Origin: Nitrospirota bacterium
GTDB lineage: Bacteria > Nitrospirota > UBA9217
DNA: 64,000 nucleotides
Assembly (NCBI GenBank): GCA_963749655.1
Contig: CAVVOB010000012.1
Span: 1 to 64,000 of the forward strand
Reading direction: 5' to 3'
The position numbers were made by a program, and so were the translations under genes. Within the stretch, counting starts at the first letter, position 1. Each line of letters starts with the position of its first letter. Below the pieces are notes generated by a model. That model made no database searches and was not told the DNA's origin. It was given only the letters and a program-made list of their open reading frames with translations. Below, piece by piece: positions 19,933 through 30,071 of this stretch.

Positions 19933-20277
19933 TTATGATATTCGTTCGGCCCTTTTTCCGCCGAATGCATTGATCGTTCTCGTACCGGCGATAAAGGCGC
20001 CGTCATGGGGCACTCCGCGGGGGATGTAATATTCGTCGCCTGTTTTGAGCTTGAGCCGCTTTCCCCCAAGTCCCAGGGTATACTCCCCCTGGACCACAAT
20101 AAAGTATTCGTCGAAATCATGAACATGTTCCTTTGATATACCGTCCTTCGCGCACTGGAATACCGCTATCTGACTTCCATCCATGCCGTCAAACACATAT
20201 CCGTCCACGCCCTCGCTTTTCTGGCTGGACGCGATTGCATTCAAACGATTTTTCATGAATTCCGGGAACTCATTCAT
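19933..20277 (-). CDS. Cupin domain protein
   Basis: EHVHDFDEY..VVQG, IPRGVPH. Confidence 0.85.
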   Translation of the reverse strand: MNEFPEFMKNRLNAIASSQKSEGVDGYVFDGMDGSQIAVFQCAKDGISKEHVHDFDEYFIVVQGEYTLGLGGKRLKLKTGDEYYIPRGVPHDGAFIAGTRTINAFGGKRAERIS

Positions 20278-20309
20278 GGCTCAGGTCTCCATTCTATGGG
20301 AAAAATTTT

Positions 20310-20642
20310 TCACAGGTAATCTTTCCTTGTCGGCGACCATGCGTCGACCGCCTTGCAGGGTGTAGGTCCGCTTCGAACAGCGTGTTTGCTGTTCGAGGGA
20401 ATGGCAATCACGTCGCCCGGTCCCAGCGTCGTCTCTCTGCCGTCGCAGGTGAACGTAAGATCGCCTTCCAGGATGAGCGTTATCTGCTCCGCCTCATGGG
20501 AGTGCTCGGGGAACTGCGTGCTCGGCGCCATCTCGAAGTAGGTGAGCATCGCTTTCTCGAGGCCCACGGCCCACATCTGTGCGCCCGTTACCGCCGGCTT
20601 AAGCGGCAAGTCGCTCTTTCTGTACACTTTGGGATGTTGCAT
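20310..20642 (-). CDS. Cupin domain protein
   Basis: PEHSHEAEQIT.ILEG, IPSNSKH, DAWSP.R.DY. Confidence 0.85.
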   Translation of the reverse strand: MQHPKVYRKSDLPLKPAVTGAQMWAVGLEKAMLTYFEMAPSTQFPEHSHEAEQITLILEGDLTFTCDGRETTLGPGDVIAIPSNSKHAVRSGPTPCKAVDAWSPTRKDYL

Positions 20643-20714
20643 GATTGTCTCCTCCTGTCGATATTAAGAAAAACCAGCTGAGGCATGCTCGATCAAGAAA
20701 TTGCGTCCAATTCC

Positions 20715-21611
20715 TTACCGAAAAAGACGGTACTCGCCCTTAATTCTCGTTATCGCTCCGCCTCCGAAGGTCACACGCAGCGAGCCCTGTTCGTCAATTT
20801 TCGACCCTAGCTTGATGATGTTCGGATTGTGCCTGTCGTTGTTCTGTTCCAACACGATCCGTCCACCGTCCCAGAGCTGATGGCGGAGCAGATGATATCC
20901 CAGGGCCGCATTGCCGGAGCCGGTGGCCGGATCCTCGATATATCCGAAAGGCGCCGCGAAGACGCGTGTTCTGTATGTCCTTGTCCTGTCCGAGACGTCG
21001 TCAGTGAAAATAGTCACAACATCAAGACGGTGCTCATGACAAAATGATCTCAGTACAAGATAATCTGGAGAGAGAGCGATCGTCTCGTCGAGTGAGCACA
21101 GCGGCACGCAGAGGGTCTCATTCCCTGCATTCACGATCCCGACAGGCTTGTTCCGGTCAATCGAACCGGCCCTGATGTTCAGCGCCGTGCATAGTGCATC
21201 CGAAAACAGAGTGTTGTCATTATAGCGCGGGACCGGCGCGGTAATAAAGACGCTGTCCTCTTCCCTGATCCGGTCTTCGACGTTCAGTAGACCTTTGTTT
21301 GTTTCCAGGGAGACCGTTCGTGCCACGGTCTTTGTGCACTGCTTCAGGAGGTCATACATGATTGCAATGGTCGCGTGCCCGCAAAACTCCACTTCCTTTT
21401 CAGACGAAAAATAACGGAGCTTGTATCTCTCAGGGGCGACTTCAGCAATAAAACCTACTTCGCTCACAAAACCTTTCATTTCACGGGCGATCCTCAGCAT
21501 GTCCTGTTCGGTTATATCGTCGAAGCTGTCGAGATAGATTGCTGCAGCGGGATTACCCGTCGAAAGACCGGAGGCGAAGGCATCCATCTTCTTGAATTTG
21601 AATTTTTTCAT
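20715..21611 (-). CDS. PhzF family isomerase/epimerase
   Basis: DAF..GNPAA, SEVGF, EVEFCGHATIA, EDPATGSGN. Confidence 0.9.
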   Translation of the reverse strand: MKKFKFKKMDAFASGLSTGNPAAAIYLDSFDDITEQDMLRIAREMKGFVSEVGFIAEVAPERYKLRYFSSEKEVEFCGHATIAIMYDLLKQCTKTVARTVSLETNKGLLNVEDRIREEDSVFITAPVPRYNDNTLFSDALCTALNIRAGSIDRNKPVGIVNAGNETLCVPLCSLDETIALSPDYLVLRSFCHEHRLDVVTIFTDDVSDRTRTYRTRVFAAPFGYIEDPATGSGNAALGYHLLRHQLWDGGRIVLEQNNDRHNPNIIKLGSKIDEQGSLRVTFGGGAITRIKGEYRLFR

Positions 21612-21715
21612 GCGCACTCCGATCGAAAACACCAATAAACCTGAAAAAGCAGTTAACCCCGGATGAACACTGATAGACACGGATCAATCAGGAAGGTAAT
21701 CAAAGCTCTGAACCC

Positions 21716-21740
21716 TAACCCGGACAAGCCGGAAACAAAA
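21716..21740. repeat. Short dispersed element end (second copy 27507-27528)
   Basis: taacccggacaagccggaaacaaaa versus tgacccggacaagccggaacca. Confidence 0.5.
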
Positions 21741-21780
21741 ATGATCTTGTCATTTTGCGTAGATTTTGACTTCTTAGTAA

Positions 21781-22068
21781 CTAACAGAGGCGGCGCGGCA
21801 ATGATGTCTGTTCCTGACAAAACAAACAGATATGCCCGCTGTCCCCTACGTCGATCATTCCTGAAACCGCTCCATCAGATTCGGCAACCAGGATAAAATG
21901 GCTGGTCGGTTGCTCATAGATCATCTGCCGGGCAGCGCGGAAAAATTCTTTTGCGCCTTCTTCCGTCACATCGGGTCGAACGTATTCATCGAACCCGGCT
22001 TTGACAAGATCAAATACCTGATCTTTATCGCCGTCGACCATTTCTCTGTAAACAAGATTATCGTTCAT
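21781..22068 (-). pseudogene. Truncated GNAT acetyltransferase
   Basis: N-terminal half only (FDEYVRPDVTEEGAKEF..GMIDV..GHICLF). The acetyl-CoA-binding half is missing, and repeat elements follow. Confidence 0.6.
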
Positions 22069-22069
22069 C

Positions 22070-22498
22070 TTAATCACGTTTTTGAATGAACCACGAAAAA
22101 GTTGCAGACATGGTCGTGTTATCGAATTCATCTAAGACATCAACTGATACGGGTATGATGGCCCGTCCCTTGCGGGACAGCGCTTCGATCGCTTTTGCAG
22201 CCTCAGCGTCGCTTATGTCCGCAGTCGCCCGCAGCGTTCCGTTTGACGGTTTTCGGTACTTTACCCGGACCTCTCTCACGACCGGTACGATCGACTCTTC
22301 TGCCGCGATACCCTTGAATCTTTGGAGCAGGCACTCGCCGCTGGCCGCCTCAGCCAGGGCGAACTGAGCGCTTGCGTGCACGGTGTTCAGATGATTGTGG
22401 AGGTTCTCCGACTTATCAAGTTGCAGCAGAGCCTTCGACGAGGAGCTGCATTTCTTTATGCCTACATGCCGGTTGAAGGGGATTTCCGAGATATCCAT
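22070..22498 (-). CDS. Hotdog-fold thioesterase (YiiD C-terminal/DUF4442-like)
   Basis: IPFNRHVGI, NHLNTVHASAQFALAEAASG, VKYRKP. Confidence 0.8.
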   Translation of the reverse strand: MDISEIPFNRHVGIKKCSSSSKALLQLDKSENLHNHLNTVHASAQFALAEAASGECLLQRFKGIAAEESIVPVVREVRVKYRKPSNGTLRATADISDAEAAKAIEALSRKGRAIIPVSVDVLDEFDNTTMSATFSWFIQKRD

Positions 22499-22551
22499 GG
22501 GTGACCGTTCCTATTCTTGTCTTCCGACTGCCTCCGACCATACTTCAATTC

Positions 22552-22920
22552 TTAAATCCACTCCAAAGCTGTGTCTGTCAAAACCCCGCCGGCATCCCCT
22601 GTATTCATGGTGCCCGTGGGCTCGATCAGCAATACCTTGCACTCTTCCGTGCACGACGGCTTGTGTTCCACCCCTTTGGGAATGACGACCATTTCGCCGC
22701 TTTTGAGATTGAGTACCCTGTCCCGCAAGTCGATTCGCAGTTTGCCGTCAATCACCATGAAGACCTCATCGGTCTCAGGATGCGCGTGCCAGATGAACTC
22801 CCGCTTCACACGAATCAACTTGAAATGATAGTCGTTCATCTGCGCAATAATTTTGTAGGAATGCAAATCGCTGAACTTCCCGAACTTCTCCTCGATATTG
22901 ACCACTGAAATGTCCGGCAT
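22552..22920 (-). CDS. Cupin domain protein
   Basis: EFIWHAHPETDEVF, PKGVEHKP, LIEP.GT.NTGD. Confidence 0.9.
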   Translation of the reverse strand: MPDISVVNIEEKFGKFSDLHSYKIIAQMNDYHFKLIRVKREFIWHAHPETDEVFMVIDGKLRIDLRDRVLNLKSGEMVVIPKGVEHKPSCTEECKVLLIEPTGTMNTGDAGGVLTDTALEWI

Positions 22921-22949
22921 GAATACCTCCTTTGGTTTCAGCGACAGCA

Positions 22950-23672
22950 CTACTTTCTGCCGCCGAATATGGTGAATATTCCGTACTTGTAAAAGCAGTC
23001 GACGTCCAGGAAACCGACATCCCGCAGTGCATCGAGCTGAACCGCCAGCGTATCGGGCTTATTATCCTTGTTGTCTTTATAACCGTCGACGACGGCTTCG
23101 AACTGCCCTTCCTTAAGTTGCAGCGCCCGTGTTCGTTCGGTGATCCATTCACGCCAGAGGGAAAGGTACCAGTGTTCCAGGCACCGGGAAGGAGCAAGCA
23201 CGACATCAATATTGACAAAGTGGCCGCCGGGCATCAAGTGATCATAGACATATCGGAAGAGCGACTTCTTAGCGTCGGGCGTCAGATGGTGGATCGCCAG
23301 CGAGGAAGCAATAAGGTCATATGCGCCGCCGACCTTATCCTCCCTGATGATTTCTTCAAAAGTCGCGCAGACGTATCGCGTGTTTTGCAAACCGCTCAGG
23401 CGCTCGCCTGCTTTCTTCAGCATGTCGGGCGAACCGTCAACGAGCGTCGCTGAAACCGATGGGTCTGCCTCGGCGATGACGGACGTGACGATCCCGTCTC
23501 CGCAGCCGAGATCAAGAACCGTTTTCCTGCTCCCGTCCTGTACAAAACAGGCGTAGAACGACTGAAGGATAGAGAGCATCCGTCTTCGCTCGACGATGAA
23601 CAGGTCAGCGTTGTCTCGGTAGCCGCGGCTGAATTCAGCTTTTGCCCAGTTGGATTTGTCGAATTCCGTCAC
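22950..23672 (-). CDS. Class I SAM-dependent methyltransferase (CmoA-like)
   Basis: VLDLGCGDG, SSLAIHHL, DVDCFYK; GTG start overlapping the upstream stop. Confidence 0.85.
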   Translation of the reverse strand: MTEFDKSNWAKAEFSRGYRDNADLFIVERRRMLSILQSFYACFVQDGSRKTVLDLGCGDGIVTSVIAEADPSVSATLVDGSPDMLKKAGERLSGLQNTRYVCATFEEIIREDKVGGAYDLIASSLAIHHLTPDAKKSLFRYVYDHLMPGGHFVNIDVVLAPSRCLEHWYLSLWREWITERTRALQLKEGQFEAVVDGYKDNKDNKPDTLAVQLDALRDVGFLDVDCFYKYGIFTIFGGRK

Positions 23673-23968
23673 GGCATCTTCCTTGCCAGCACCATGTTTA
23701 TGTCCATAGCGGCTTCTCGCAGCTTTCTCCACGGCTCGTATTCCTTCGAGTTGTACCATCGTTTGAATGCATCCTCGTCCGGCCATTCCTGGACTACAAA
23801 CAGCTTCGGCGACCAGTTTCCCTCGATCGCTTCCATATCATTGCTCCTGAACAGCAGCTTGCCGCCGTACTGCTGCATCGAAGGCTTGTGGCCTTCAACG
23901 TATCCCATGAATTTTGCGCGGTCCCTGACGACGACATCCAGCAAAACGTATATTGTTTCCTGACTCAT
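23669..23968 (-). CDS. DUF1330 family protein
   Basis: YGGKLL, IEGNW.P, RWYNSKEY. Confidence 0.85.
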   Translation of the reverse strand: MSQETIYVLLDVVVRDRAKFMGYVEGHKPSMQQYGGKLLFRSNDMEAIEGNWSPKLFVVQEWPDEDAFKRWYNSKEYEPWRKLREAAMDINMVLARKMP

Positions 23969-23981
23969 GGTTCTCCTCCCC

Positions 23982-25193
23982 TTACACTTCTGCCTTGAAT
24001 CCGGTCATTTTCAGAGCGTGCTCGAGAATTCCCAGTCCTTCATCGGCTTCGTTCGCGGTAATCGTGAGAGCAGGGAAGATCCGGATCACCGTTCCCTGGG
24101 TGAGGTTCACCAGGAGGCCTTGCTCCAGGCATGCTTCCTTTATTGTTTTTGCATGCGCAGGAGTTGAAAACTCCATCCCGATCAAAAGACCTTTCCCGCG
24201 CACGTCTCTGATGCAGGCGGGGATACGCACGCTGCAGCGCTCTTAGCCGGGTGATTATTGCTCCGCCGACCAGCTCTACATTTTTGCTGATGTCCTTTTC
24301 GATCAGATGCGTGATAACAGCCGATGCCACGGCGCAGCCCAGAGGATTGCCGCAATAGGTGCCGCCGTGGTCGCCCTTTTCGAGCTTTCGTGCGACCTCT
24401 TCGGTCATGGCAAAAGCGCCGAAGGGAAATCCTCCTGCAATGCCCTTGGCCGTGGTCAGAAAATCGGCCTGATGCTCCGGTTCGTTGACACGAACGCCGG
24501 GCCGGTCCGGAAAAACCCGGTTTGTACTTCGTCCACGATCAGGTACACGCCGTGCTGCCGGCATAGTTCAGAGACCTTCTCGAGGTAATCCTCTGCCGGG
24601 ACCCGGACACCGCCTTCGCCCTGGATCGGTTCGACAAGGAACGCGGCGACATCATTGCCGATGATCGACGAAAGGGCCTTCACGTCATCATAGGGAACAT
24701 ACAGATGATGGGGCACGAGAGGCCTGTATTTGTCCCGGTGCACAGCCTGTCCCGTGGCGGAAACGCCGCTGATCGTTCTGCCGTGAAAGCTTTTTTCCGT
24801 TGAAACGATATTCAGTCTCCCCGATGCCTTTCTCGCGAGCTTGATGGCGGCGTCATTCGCTTCAGCGCCGCTGTTCGTAAAAAAGATGCGCGTAAGGCCC
24901 TGGGGCAGGACCTGCTCCATTAATGTCAGCAGCCTCGCCCGCGCCGGTGAATAGGTGAGCCCTGAATCGGGATTGTGAATGATCTTTGCGGCCTGTTCAG
25001 CCAGTGCCCGGGCGATAACGGGGCTTCCATGGCCTATGGAGGTCACGCCCCAGCCTGCGGTAAAATCGAGGTACTTCCGTCCGGTCTCGTCCCATACGTA
25101 AACGCCCTGGCCCCGCTCTATGGAGAGGGGCGTTCTGTTGAAGAAGGGGGCGTAATGAGTGTCTTCGATGTTTATGGTTTGCGTGTTTGTCAT
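23982..25193 (-). CDS. Class III (acetylornithine-type) aminotransferase, two frameshifts
   Basis: YLDFTAG, NSGAEAN, FHGRT, EPIQGEGG, DEVQTG, TAKGIAGG, HGGTYCGNP, RGKGLLIG over three ORFs. Confidence 0.85.
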
Positions 25194-25804
25194 ATTGTTT
25201 TTTCCCTTTGCGTTGCGATGAGCGGAACGTCAGGCAGATTGTCATACACTTCCTGACTGGTCGAGCTCTCGGTCAAAACCGTAACAATGAGAGGCAGCGG
25301 TTCAGCCCAGATCTCCGGAAGATCAACTTCTCCGGATTCCGCGATCGGAAAAGCGAGCTTCTCGACTGGAGGACAGAACTCCGCGCGCAATCCCTCCTTG
25401 TTGCCCCTGGCATCGATGCGGTACCAGCCGAAATTCTGCAGGTACACCGCGTTCAAACCGTGCAGGCAGTAGCGCTCGCCGCCGGTCTCCACCAGAAGTC
25501 GTTGATAACAAAGACCGGCAGGAATGCCGTTTGCCCGAAGAAGCGCGGCAAGAAGGTGGCTTTTTGCGTAGCAATAGCCGGTGCCGTGCAGCAGAACATC
25601 GGACGCCCTGCAAGTGACGGGGTTCAGCCTGAAGTCCCGGCTGTGGCGGATCTCGTCGCGCACGAACTCATAGCAGCGCCGGGCGATCCCGGCATTATCG
25701 TGACAGCCCCTGGCCAGTTCTCCCGCCTTTGCGGCAACCAAAGGATGGCGCCGGTCTATATATTCGCTATTTGCCAAATAGTGCTGCAGCAAATTTTCCC
25801 CCAT
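25190..25804 (-). CDS. Transglutaminase family protein
   Basis: GYCYAKSHLLAALLR, HGLN, WYRIDARGN. Confidence 0.9.
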   Translation of the reverse strand: MGENLLQHYLANSEYIDRRHPLVAAKAGELARGCHDNAGIARRCYEFVRDEIRHSRDFRLNPVTCRASDVLLHGTGYCYAKSHLLAALLRANGIPAGLCYQRLLVETGGERYCLHGLNAVYLQNFGWYRIDARGNKEGLRAEFCPPVEKLAFPIAESGEVDLPEIWAEPLPLIVTVLTESSTSQEVYDNLPDVPLIATQREKTI

Positions 25805-25839
25805 GACGCTTCCGTTCGCTCCTTCCTCTTTTCATGGCC

Positions 25840-26304
25840 TCATTGACTTACAACAGCGGCCTGGTATTGCCGCAGCAGGTCAGGGTTTTCAATTGAACCG
25901 TGGTGATGCACCTGCTTTCACTGCCCCTGGACGCGCCTGAAGATCCTCGTCGTACGGATGGCCAGCTGGATCGAGTCATCGTTGAGCGAATAGGAACCCC
26001 GCTCCCGTCCCACGGCATAGAACAGGTCGCCTGCTTCGTGGATCGTGTAATCGTAGAACTCGACATACACTTTTGCAGGGCCGTTGAAAATGCGTTCGTA
26101 GACCGCGCGAATCTCGTTCCAGCCGCGCTTGATCCCGCCCAGGGGATTGTCCATGGCGATCTCGTCGGTCTGTGCCCAGTTCCGCGACATTGCCGCCAGG
26201 TCCCTGTTATTGAAGGCCTGATAAAAATCCGAAAGCGCCCGGATCGGCTCAGTCAATGCTTTCGTGTTTTCTTTTCCTGTTATTGGTCGCTGTTCTGCGA
26301 TCAT
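25840..26304 (-). CDS. SnoaL/NTF2-like protein with premature in-frame TGA at 25918-25920
   Basis: FYQAFNNRD, NPLGGIKRGW, GRERG, RTTRIFR. Reading continues in frame after TGA as KQVHHHGSIENPDLL to a stop at 25840. Confidence 0.75.
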
Positions 26305-27062
26305 GGATGTCCTCCTGCGGTGTAGTTCTCCGGTTTTCTTCCGCCGAACAATGCGAGCTCAAAAAACTTGAAATAGCAATCCACATCTTCATATCCGAGC
26401 TCCCGCAGCCAGGAGCACTGCAGGTCGACAGGGGCCAGTATGTTCGCCTTCTTGTCCGGCCGGTTGTAGAACTCCGTTGCGATCCGTTCACGGCCGACGG
26501 CAGGGTCCCTGCGTTGGTGATAGGCGTAGAGAGAATCGATGAAACAGGTCTCGAAGATATCCTCGAGACGTTTTGTGGGCGAGGATACATGCTCGAGATT
26601 CAGGAACAGCCCGCCCGGCCGGAGAATATGGAATATCTCCCTGTACAACTCCTGCTTGCGCGCGTCCTCTTGATGATGAATGGAGAATCCGGAAACGACA
26701 ACGTCAAAGGGCGCCCTGCGGCTCACCGCGTCCACCCAGTGATGGTCGCCGAAGTCCTGCTGGATGAACTCCGCCTGCGAACCGGCGCTTATCTGTTTCT
26801 TCGCCGCAGCAAGCATGGTACCGGAGAAGTCGACAAAAACCGCCGCGGCCCCGGGATGGGACGCGAGGATGCTCCTCCCCAGTACGCCGTCTCCGCATCC
26901 CAGATCGAGCATACGCTTCAGAACCGGCGTGGTCTCCTTCACGACCCTGAGCATGACGTCGATCTGCTCTGCGGCAAAGGGGATGGCGCCGCGCACATCT
27001 TCCAGAAAAGTTTTCGCAAGCCCCGCCTCTTTCCAGGCGCTATCGCTTCTTTCCATCATCAA
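26301..27062 (-). CDS. Class I SAM-dependent methyltransferase
   Basis: LDLGCGDG, SGFSIHH, DVDCYFK; paralog-like to 22950..23672. Confidence 0.9.
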   Translation of the reverse strand: MMMERSDSAWKEAGLAKTFLEDVRGAIPFAAEQIDVMLRVVKETTPVLKRMLDLGCGDGVLGRSILASHPGAAAVFVDFSGTMLAAAKKQISAGSQAEFIQQDFGDHHWVDAVSRRAPFDVVVSGFSIHHQEDARKQELYREIFHILRPGGLFLNLEHVSSPTKRLEDIFETCFIDSLYAYHQRRDPAVGRERIATEFYNRPDKKANILAPVDLQCSWLRELGYEDVDCYFKFFELALFGGRKPENYTAGGHP

Positions 27063-27097
27063 CCTCTCTTCCTGTCCAAGAACGGCCGGGTCATATT

Positions 27098-27490
27098 TTA
27101 CACGTCGATTTTAAATCCCACATTGACCTCGGACGCGGGCCTGCCGCCCCTGATGCCCCAATTCTCCAGAGAGGGCTCGTGCAGCACTATCAGGATGTCG
27201 TCTCCGGCAATGCCGGGGTTCCCGGCCAGGTTCGCGACAATCGTGCTGTACAGCTCCTTTTTGGCTTCGAGTGTCCTGCCCTTGAATGCCGTCACCTCGA
27301 TAATTACGAATTGACCGGTTTTCGCAGGAGGGATCTCGAAGTCAGCCGGGCTTAGTTCGTGCAGCGCCTGCATTCTGTCCTGGTGCGGGATCTTGAATGA
27401 TTGAACGAGTGCTTCATGGACGCCGTCCATTACGGCCTTCTTGTATTCCGCGGGCCTTCCTGCCCGGAGCGTTATCCTGACTATCGGCAT
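27098..27490 (-). CDS. Tautomerase family protein
   Basis: N-terminal Pro (MPIVRI), GRTLEAKKELY, ENWGIRGG. Confidence 0.85.
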   Translation of the reverse strand: MPIVRITLRAGRPAEYKKAVMDGVHEALVQSFKIPHQDRMQALHELSPADFEIPPAKTGQFVIIEVTAFKGRTLEAKKELYSTIVANLAGNPGIAGDDILIVLHEPSLENWGIRGGRPASEVNVGFKIDV

Positions 27491-27506
27491 ATCCCTCTCC
27501 CTTTCC

Positions 27507-27787
27507 TGACCCGGACAAGCCGGAACCAGCTTCGAACCGCCAAGGCGCAAAGGTCGCGAAGAAGGTCCTGTCGTCCTTGAATCCCGCGCCTTGCAATCCC
27601 CCGGCTCCCGCCGGGGGAAAAGCGCTCACTCGCGCGTGACACGTCCGCGTCCCGCATGCGCGAGTTCGCAGTTCTGGGAGGTCGCGTTGTTAGAGGGAGC
27701 CTCCGGCTCCTGCCGGAGGGGGCTCCACTTGCGAAGCGAAGTTCGTTGTTTTGACGTTCTTCGCGCTCCTCGCGGCTTCGCGGCAAA
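27507..27787. repeat. Nested cluster of several REP-like elements
   Basis: Outer arms aaccgccaaggcgcaaaggtcgcgaag ... cttcgcgctcctcgcggcttcgcgg enclose two copies of the ccggctcc-gccgg hairpin repeat. Confidence 0.55.
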
Positions 27788-27816
27788 TAGTCGTCCATTT
27801 CCCGGAATTCGGTTCT

Positions 27817-28511
27817 TTACCGTCTTATCACCAGCATCTTGTTCGAGCCCTTCTGAAATTCGAAGGGCACGGTAACGATCTCGACGTGAACGCTCTCTGT
27901 CTCAAGAAATGACAGCACTTGTCCATGTGCGCGTAAGGCTTTGCGTCAAAACTCTGCAGCGGAAAAATCCTTACTTCTGAAGACACGCGAACGAGCTCTC
28001 TTAAACAAGAGGTGTGAAAGTCGAGATCGAGCCGGTCTCCATAGAGAAACAGAAAATGGCTGCACAGCGCACGTGAAAACGCATGGTCCGGAAACGGCAG
28101 ACGGGTCAGGTCCGCCGGCACATACCGTCCGTCGGCGCGTCCTCCGGAAAAGTCATCAACGAACGTATCCAGCGCCTTGCGCCTGAGCGAGATGATTTCC
28201 TTCCTGCTGCTGTAATGCTTCCAGACGTACAGATGCGGCACGTCGTCCACCTTCTGGAAGGTGTAATCGATATCCTGCCGTCCCCGAAGAGCGAGTCTCT
28301 CAGGAGCGCCGTCATAAAGAATGTCGCACGCCCTGACATCAAGTCCCTTCGCGTGCGCTTCGGCCGTAAACGACGATGGTCCGGCGGCGCAGTCCAGTAC
28401 GGGTCCCTGCCGGAGAAGGGCTTCATCAAGATCGAACATCCGCAGGTATTCGAAGTATGTTCTTCCGATGAATACGACGCGGTCAATGTTCAAACAATCG
28501 CGTTTCTCCAT
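27817..28511 (-). CDS. SAM-dependent methyltransferase (C-terminal frameshift)
   Basis: GRTYFEYLRMF, LDCAAGPSSF, LPFPD, SHFLFLY, EVRIFPL; tail FEFQKGSNKML in another frame. Confidence 0.8.
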
Positions 28512-28522
28512 GTGCGGTCCGT

Positions 28523-29254
28523 CTAACCGGTCTTTCCGGCAATGATGGTGATCATTCCTTTGCTGTTATCGGCTGCTTTCACGGTGAACCCTGCTGCCTT
28601 CAATCGCAGAATCGTCCAGTCGAAAGGTATCCGGAGCTTGCGGTAGCTGCTTTTGCGGAACTCCCAGGCTTCCTGCTTCCGTGCGTAGACCAGGTCATGC
28701 ACCTGGACGTGCGCGGGGCCATACTCGAGGAAGCAGGTGAACAGGGTGTCCGCGTCGCTTCGTACGGGGATAAAACGGTCCAGGCCCTTCAACTCCACTG
28801 CCAGGTCGCGAAATGTCAACACCAGCGTTCCTCTTTGCTCCAGGGAGGAATTGACGCGTTCAAAAAGGGCCGTGACCTCTTCAAGAGACTGCAGGTGCGG
28901 CAGCGTGTCTCCCATGCAGACGCACAGCTCGATCTTTTCCGGGCAGTGAGCGGCAACATTCAGGAGATCATCGCGCACCGTCGTGACCGGCAAGGCAGCG
29001 CTGTTCTTCTTCAGCTCGTCAAGGAGCTTCTGGCTCAGGTCGATGGCCGTCACGCGGAACCCGAGCCGGCCCAGGGCAATGGACTGGAAGCCCGGTCCCG
29101 CGCCCAGATCAACGGCGATTCCCGACGCGGCCGGCACGATCCCGCTCCTCTCGAAAAAGATGCGATTGGCTTCCACCCGGCCATTGAAGTCGCCGAACAT
29201 CCATGAGTAGCAATCCGCCAGAAGATTTTCGTAATGCTCCGAAACCTGAGACAT
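28523..29254 (-). CDS. Class I SAM-dependent methyltransferase
   Basis: AVDLGAGPG, CMGDTLPHL. Confidence 0.85.
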   Translation of the reverse strand: MSQVSEHYENLLADCYSWMFGDFNGRVEANRIFFERSGIVPAASGIAVDLGAGPGFQSIALGRLGFRVTAIDLSQKLLDELKKNSAALPVTTVRDDLLNVAAHCPEKIELCVCMGDTLPHLQSLEEVTALFERVNSSLEQRGTLVLTFRDLAVELKGLDRFIPVRSDADTLFTCFLEYGPAHVQVHDLVYARKQEAWEFRKSSYRKLRIPFDWTILRLKAAGFTVKAADNSKGMITIIAGKTG

Positions 29255-29267
29255 GGACAGCTCCTTT

Positions 29268-30071
29268 CTATTTCATCGCAAGCAGATATATTCTGTGAAA
29301 TGTCAGCTCCACCATTCCTTCGCTGTTCGCCTGACTGCGGAAAGCGGTTCCGACAATGTCCCGAAATGCCGCTGCATAGCTTTCGTTGATCCGCGTGCGA
29401 TAATATTCTTGGTTCAGATATCCCGCTGCCGCGCCGGACTCGAATATGGTCATGACCTCCTCCGGCTTGTGAGCGCTCCGCACTTCTTCGAGCACACTGA
29501 AAGGCACCGTGAAGCCCGCCTCTTTGAACAGACCTTCGTACTCTTTCGTTGTATCGAGAAAAAGCCAGGGCGGCTTGAATCCCGAAAAGGTCTTTGCTGT
29601 CCGGGGATCGCGCGCAACCCTGTCGATCGCCGTCAGGAAGTTCGGACAGTACGATTTTTTCGCCGGCGCCTGGATGGCCATTCTGCCGTCCTTTCTGAGG
29701 GAATCGCAGCAATTTTTGAGCGCCCCTATCGGCTGGCGGAACCACTGGAACGCCGAATTGCAGAAAATGACGGTAAACATGTCGCGATAATCAAGCGACT
29801 CTGCGGCTTGTACCGCATAGTGAACGGCCCGCCCTTTATGCTGCGCTTTCGCCTGGCGGATCATTCCCTCCGAGGGATCGACTCCGGCAACGTTCCCGTC
29901 CGTCAAGCCGCGGAGTTTTCGCGTGAGATTGCCCGTGCCGCATCCCAGATCAAGAACATCGTCATCCCGCCTGATGTCGAGCAGACTGATCAGCTTTTCG
30001 GCAGCCGATTTCTGGATGAGCGAATCCCGCTCATAGCGCGTGGAGATTATTGTAAAGTCCGTTGATTTCAT
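29268..30071 (-). CDS. Class I SAM-dependent methyltransferase (trans-aconitate/BioC-like)
   Basis: VLDLGCGTG, VDPSEGMI, FCNSAFQW. Confidence 0.9.
   Translation of the reverse strand: MKSTDFTIISTRYERDSLIQKSAAEKLISLLDIRRDDDVLDLGCGTGNLTRKLRGLTDGNVAGVDPSEGMIRQAKAQHKGRAVHYAVQAAESLDYRDMFTVIFCNSAFQWFRQPIGALKNCCDSLRKDGRMAIQAPAKKSYCPNFLTAIDRVARDPRTAKTFSGFKPPWLFLDTTKEYEGLFKEAGFTVPFSVLEEVRSAHKPEEVMTIFESGAAAGYLNQEYYRTRINESYAAAFRDIVGTAFRSQANSEGMVELTFHRIYLLAMK

Noticed and set aside
25918-25920. In-frame TGA as selenocysteine or genetic-code reassignment
   Set aside because: It falls at a position expected to be Trp (W-K-Q-V-H-H-H), other genes use TGA as stop and TGG for Trp, so a TGG-to-TGA error or nonsense mutation is simpler.
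10716-26304. Phenazine-like biosynthetic cluster (isochorismatase, PNPOx-like, chorismate mutase, PhzF, NTF2/SnoaL folds all present)
   Set aside because: The genes are scattered over 15 kb among unrelated ORFs, belong to generic subfamilies, and no PhzE (ADIC synthase) or PhzC is present.
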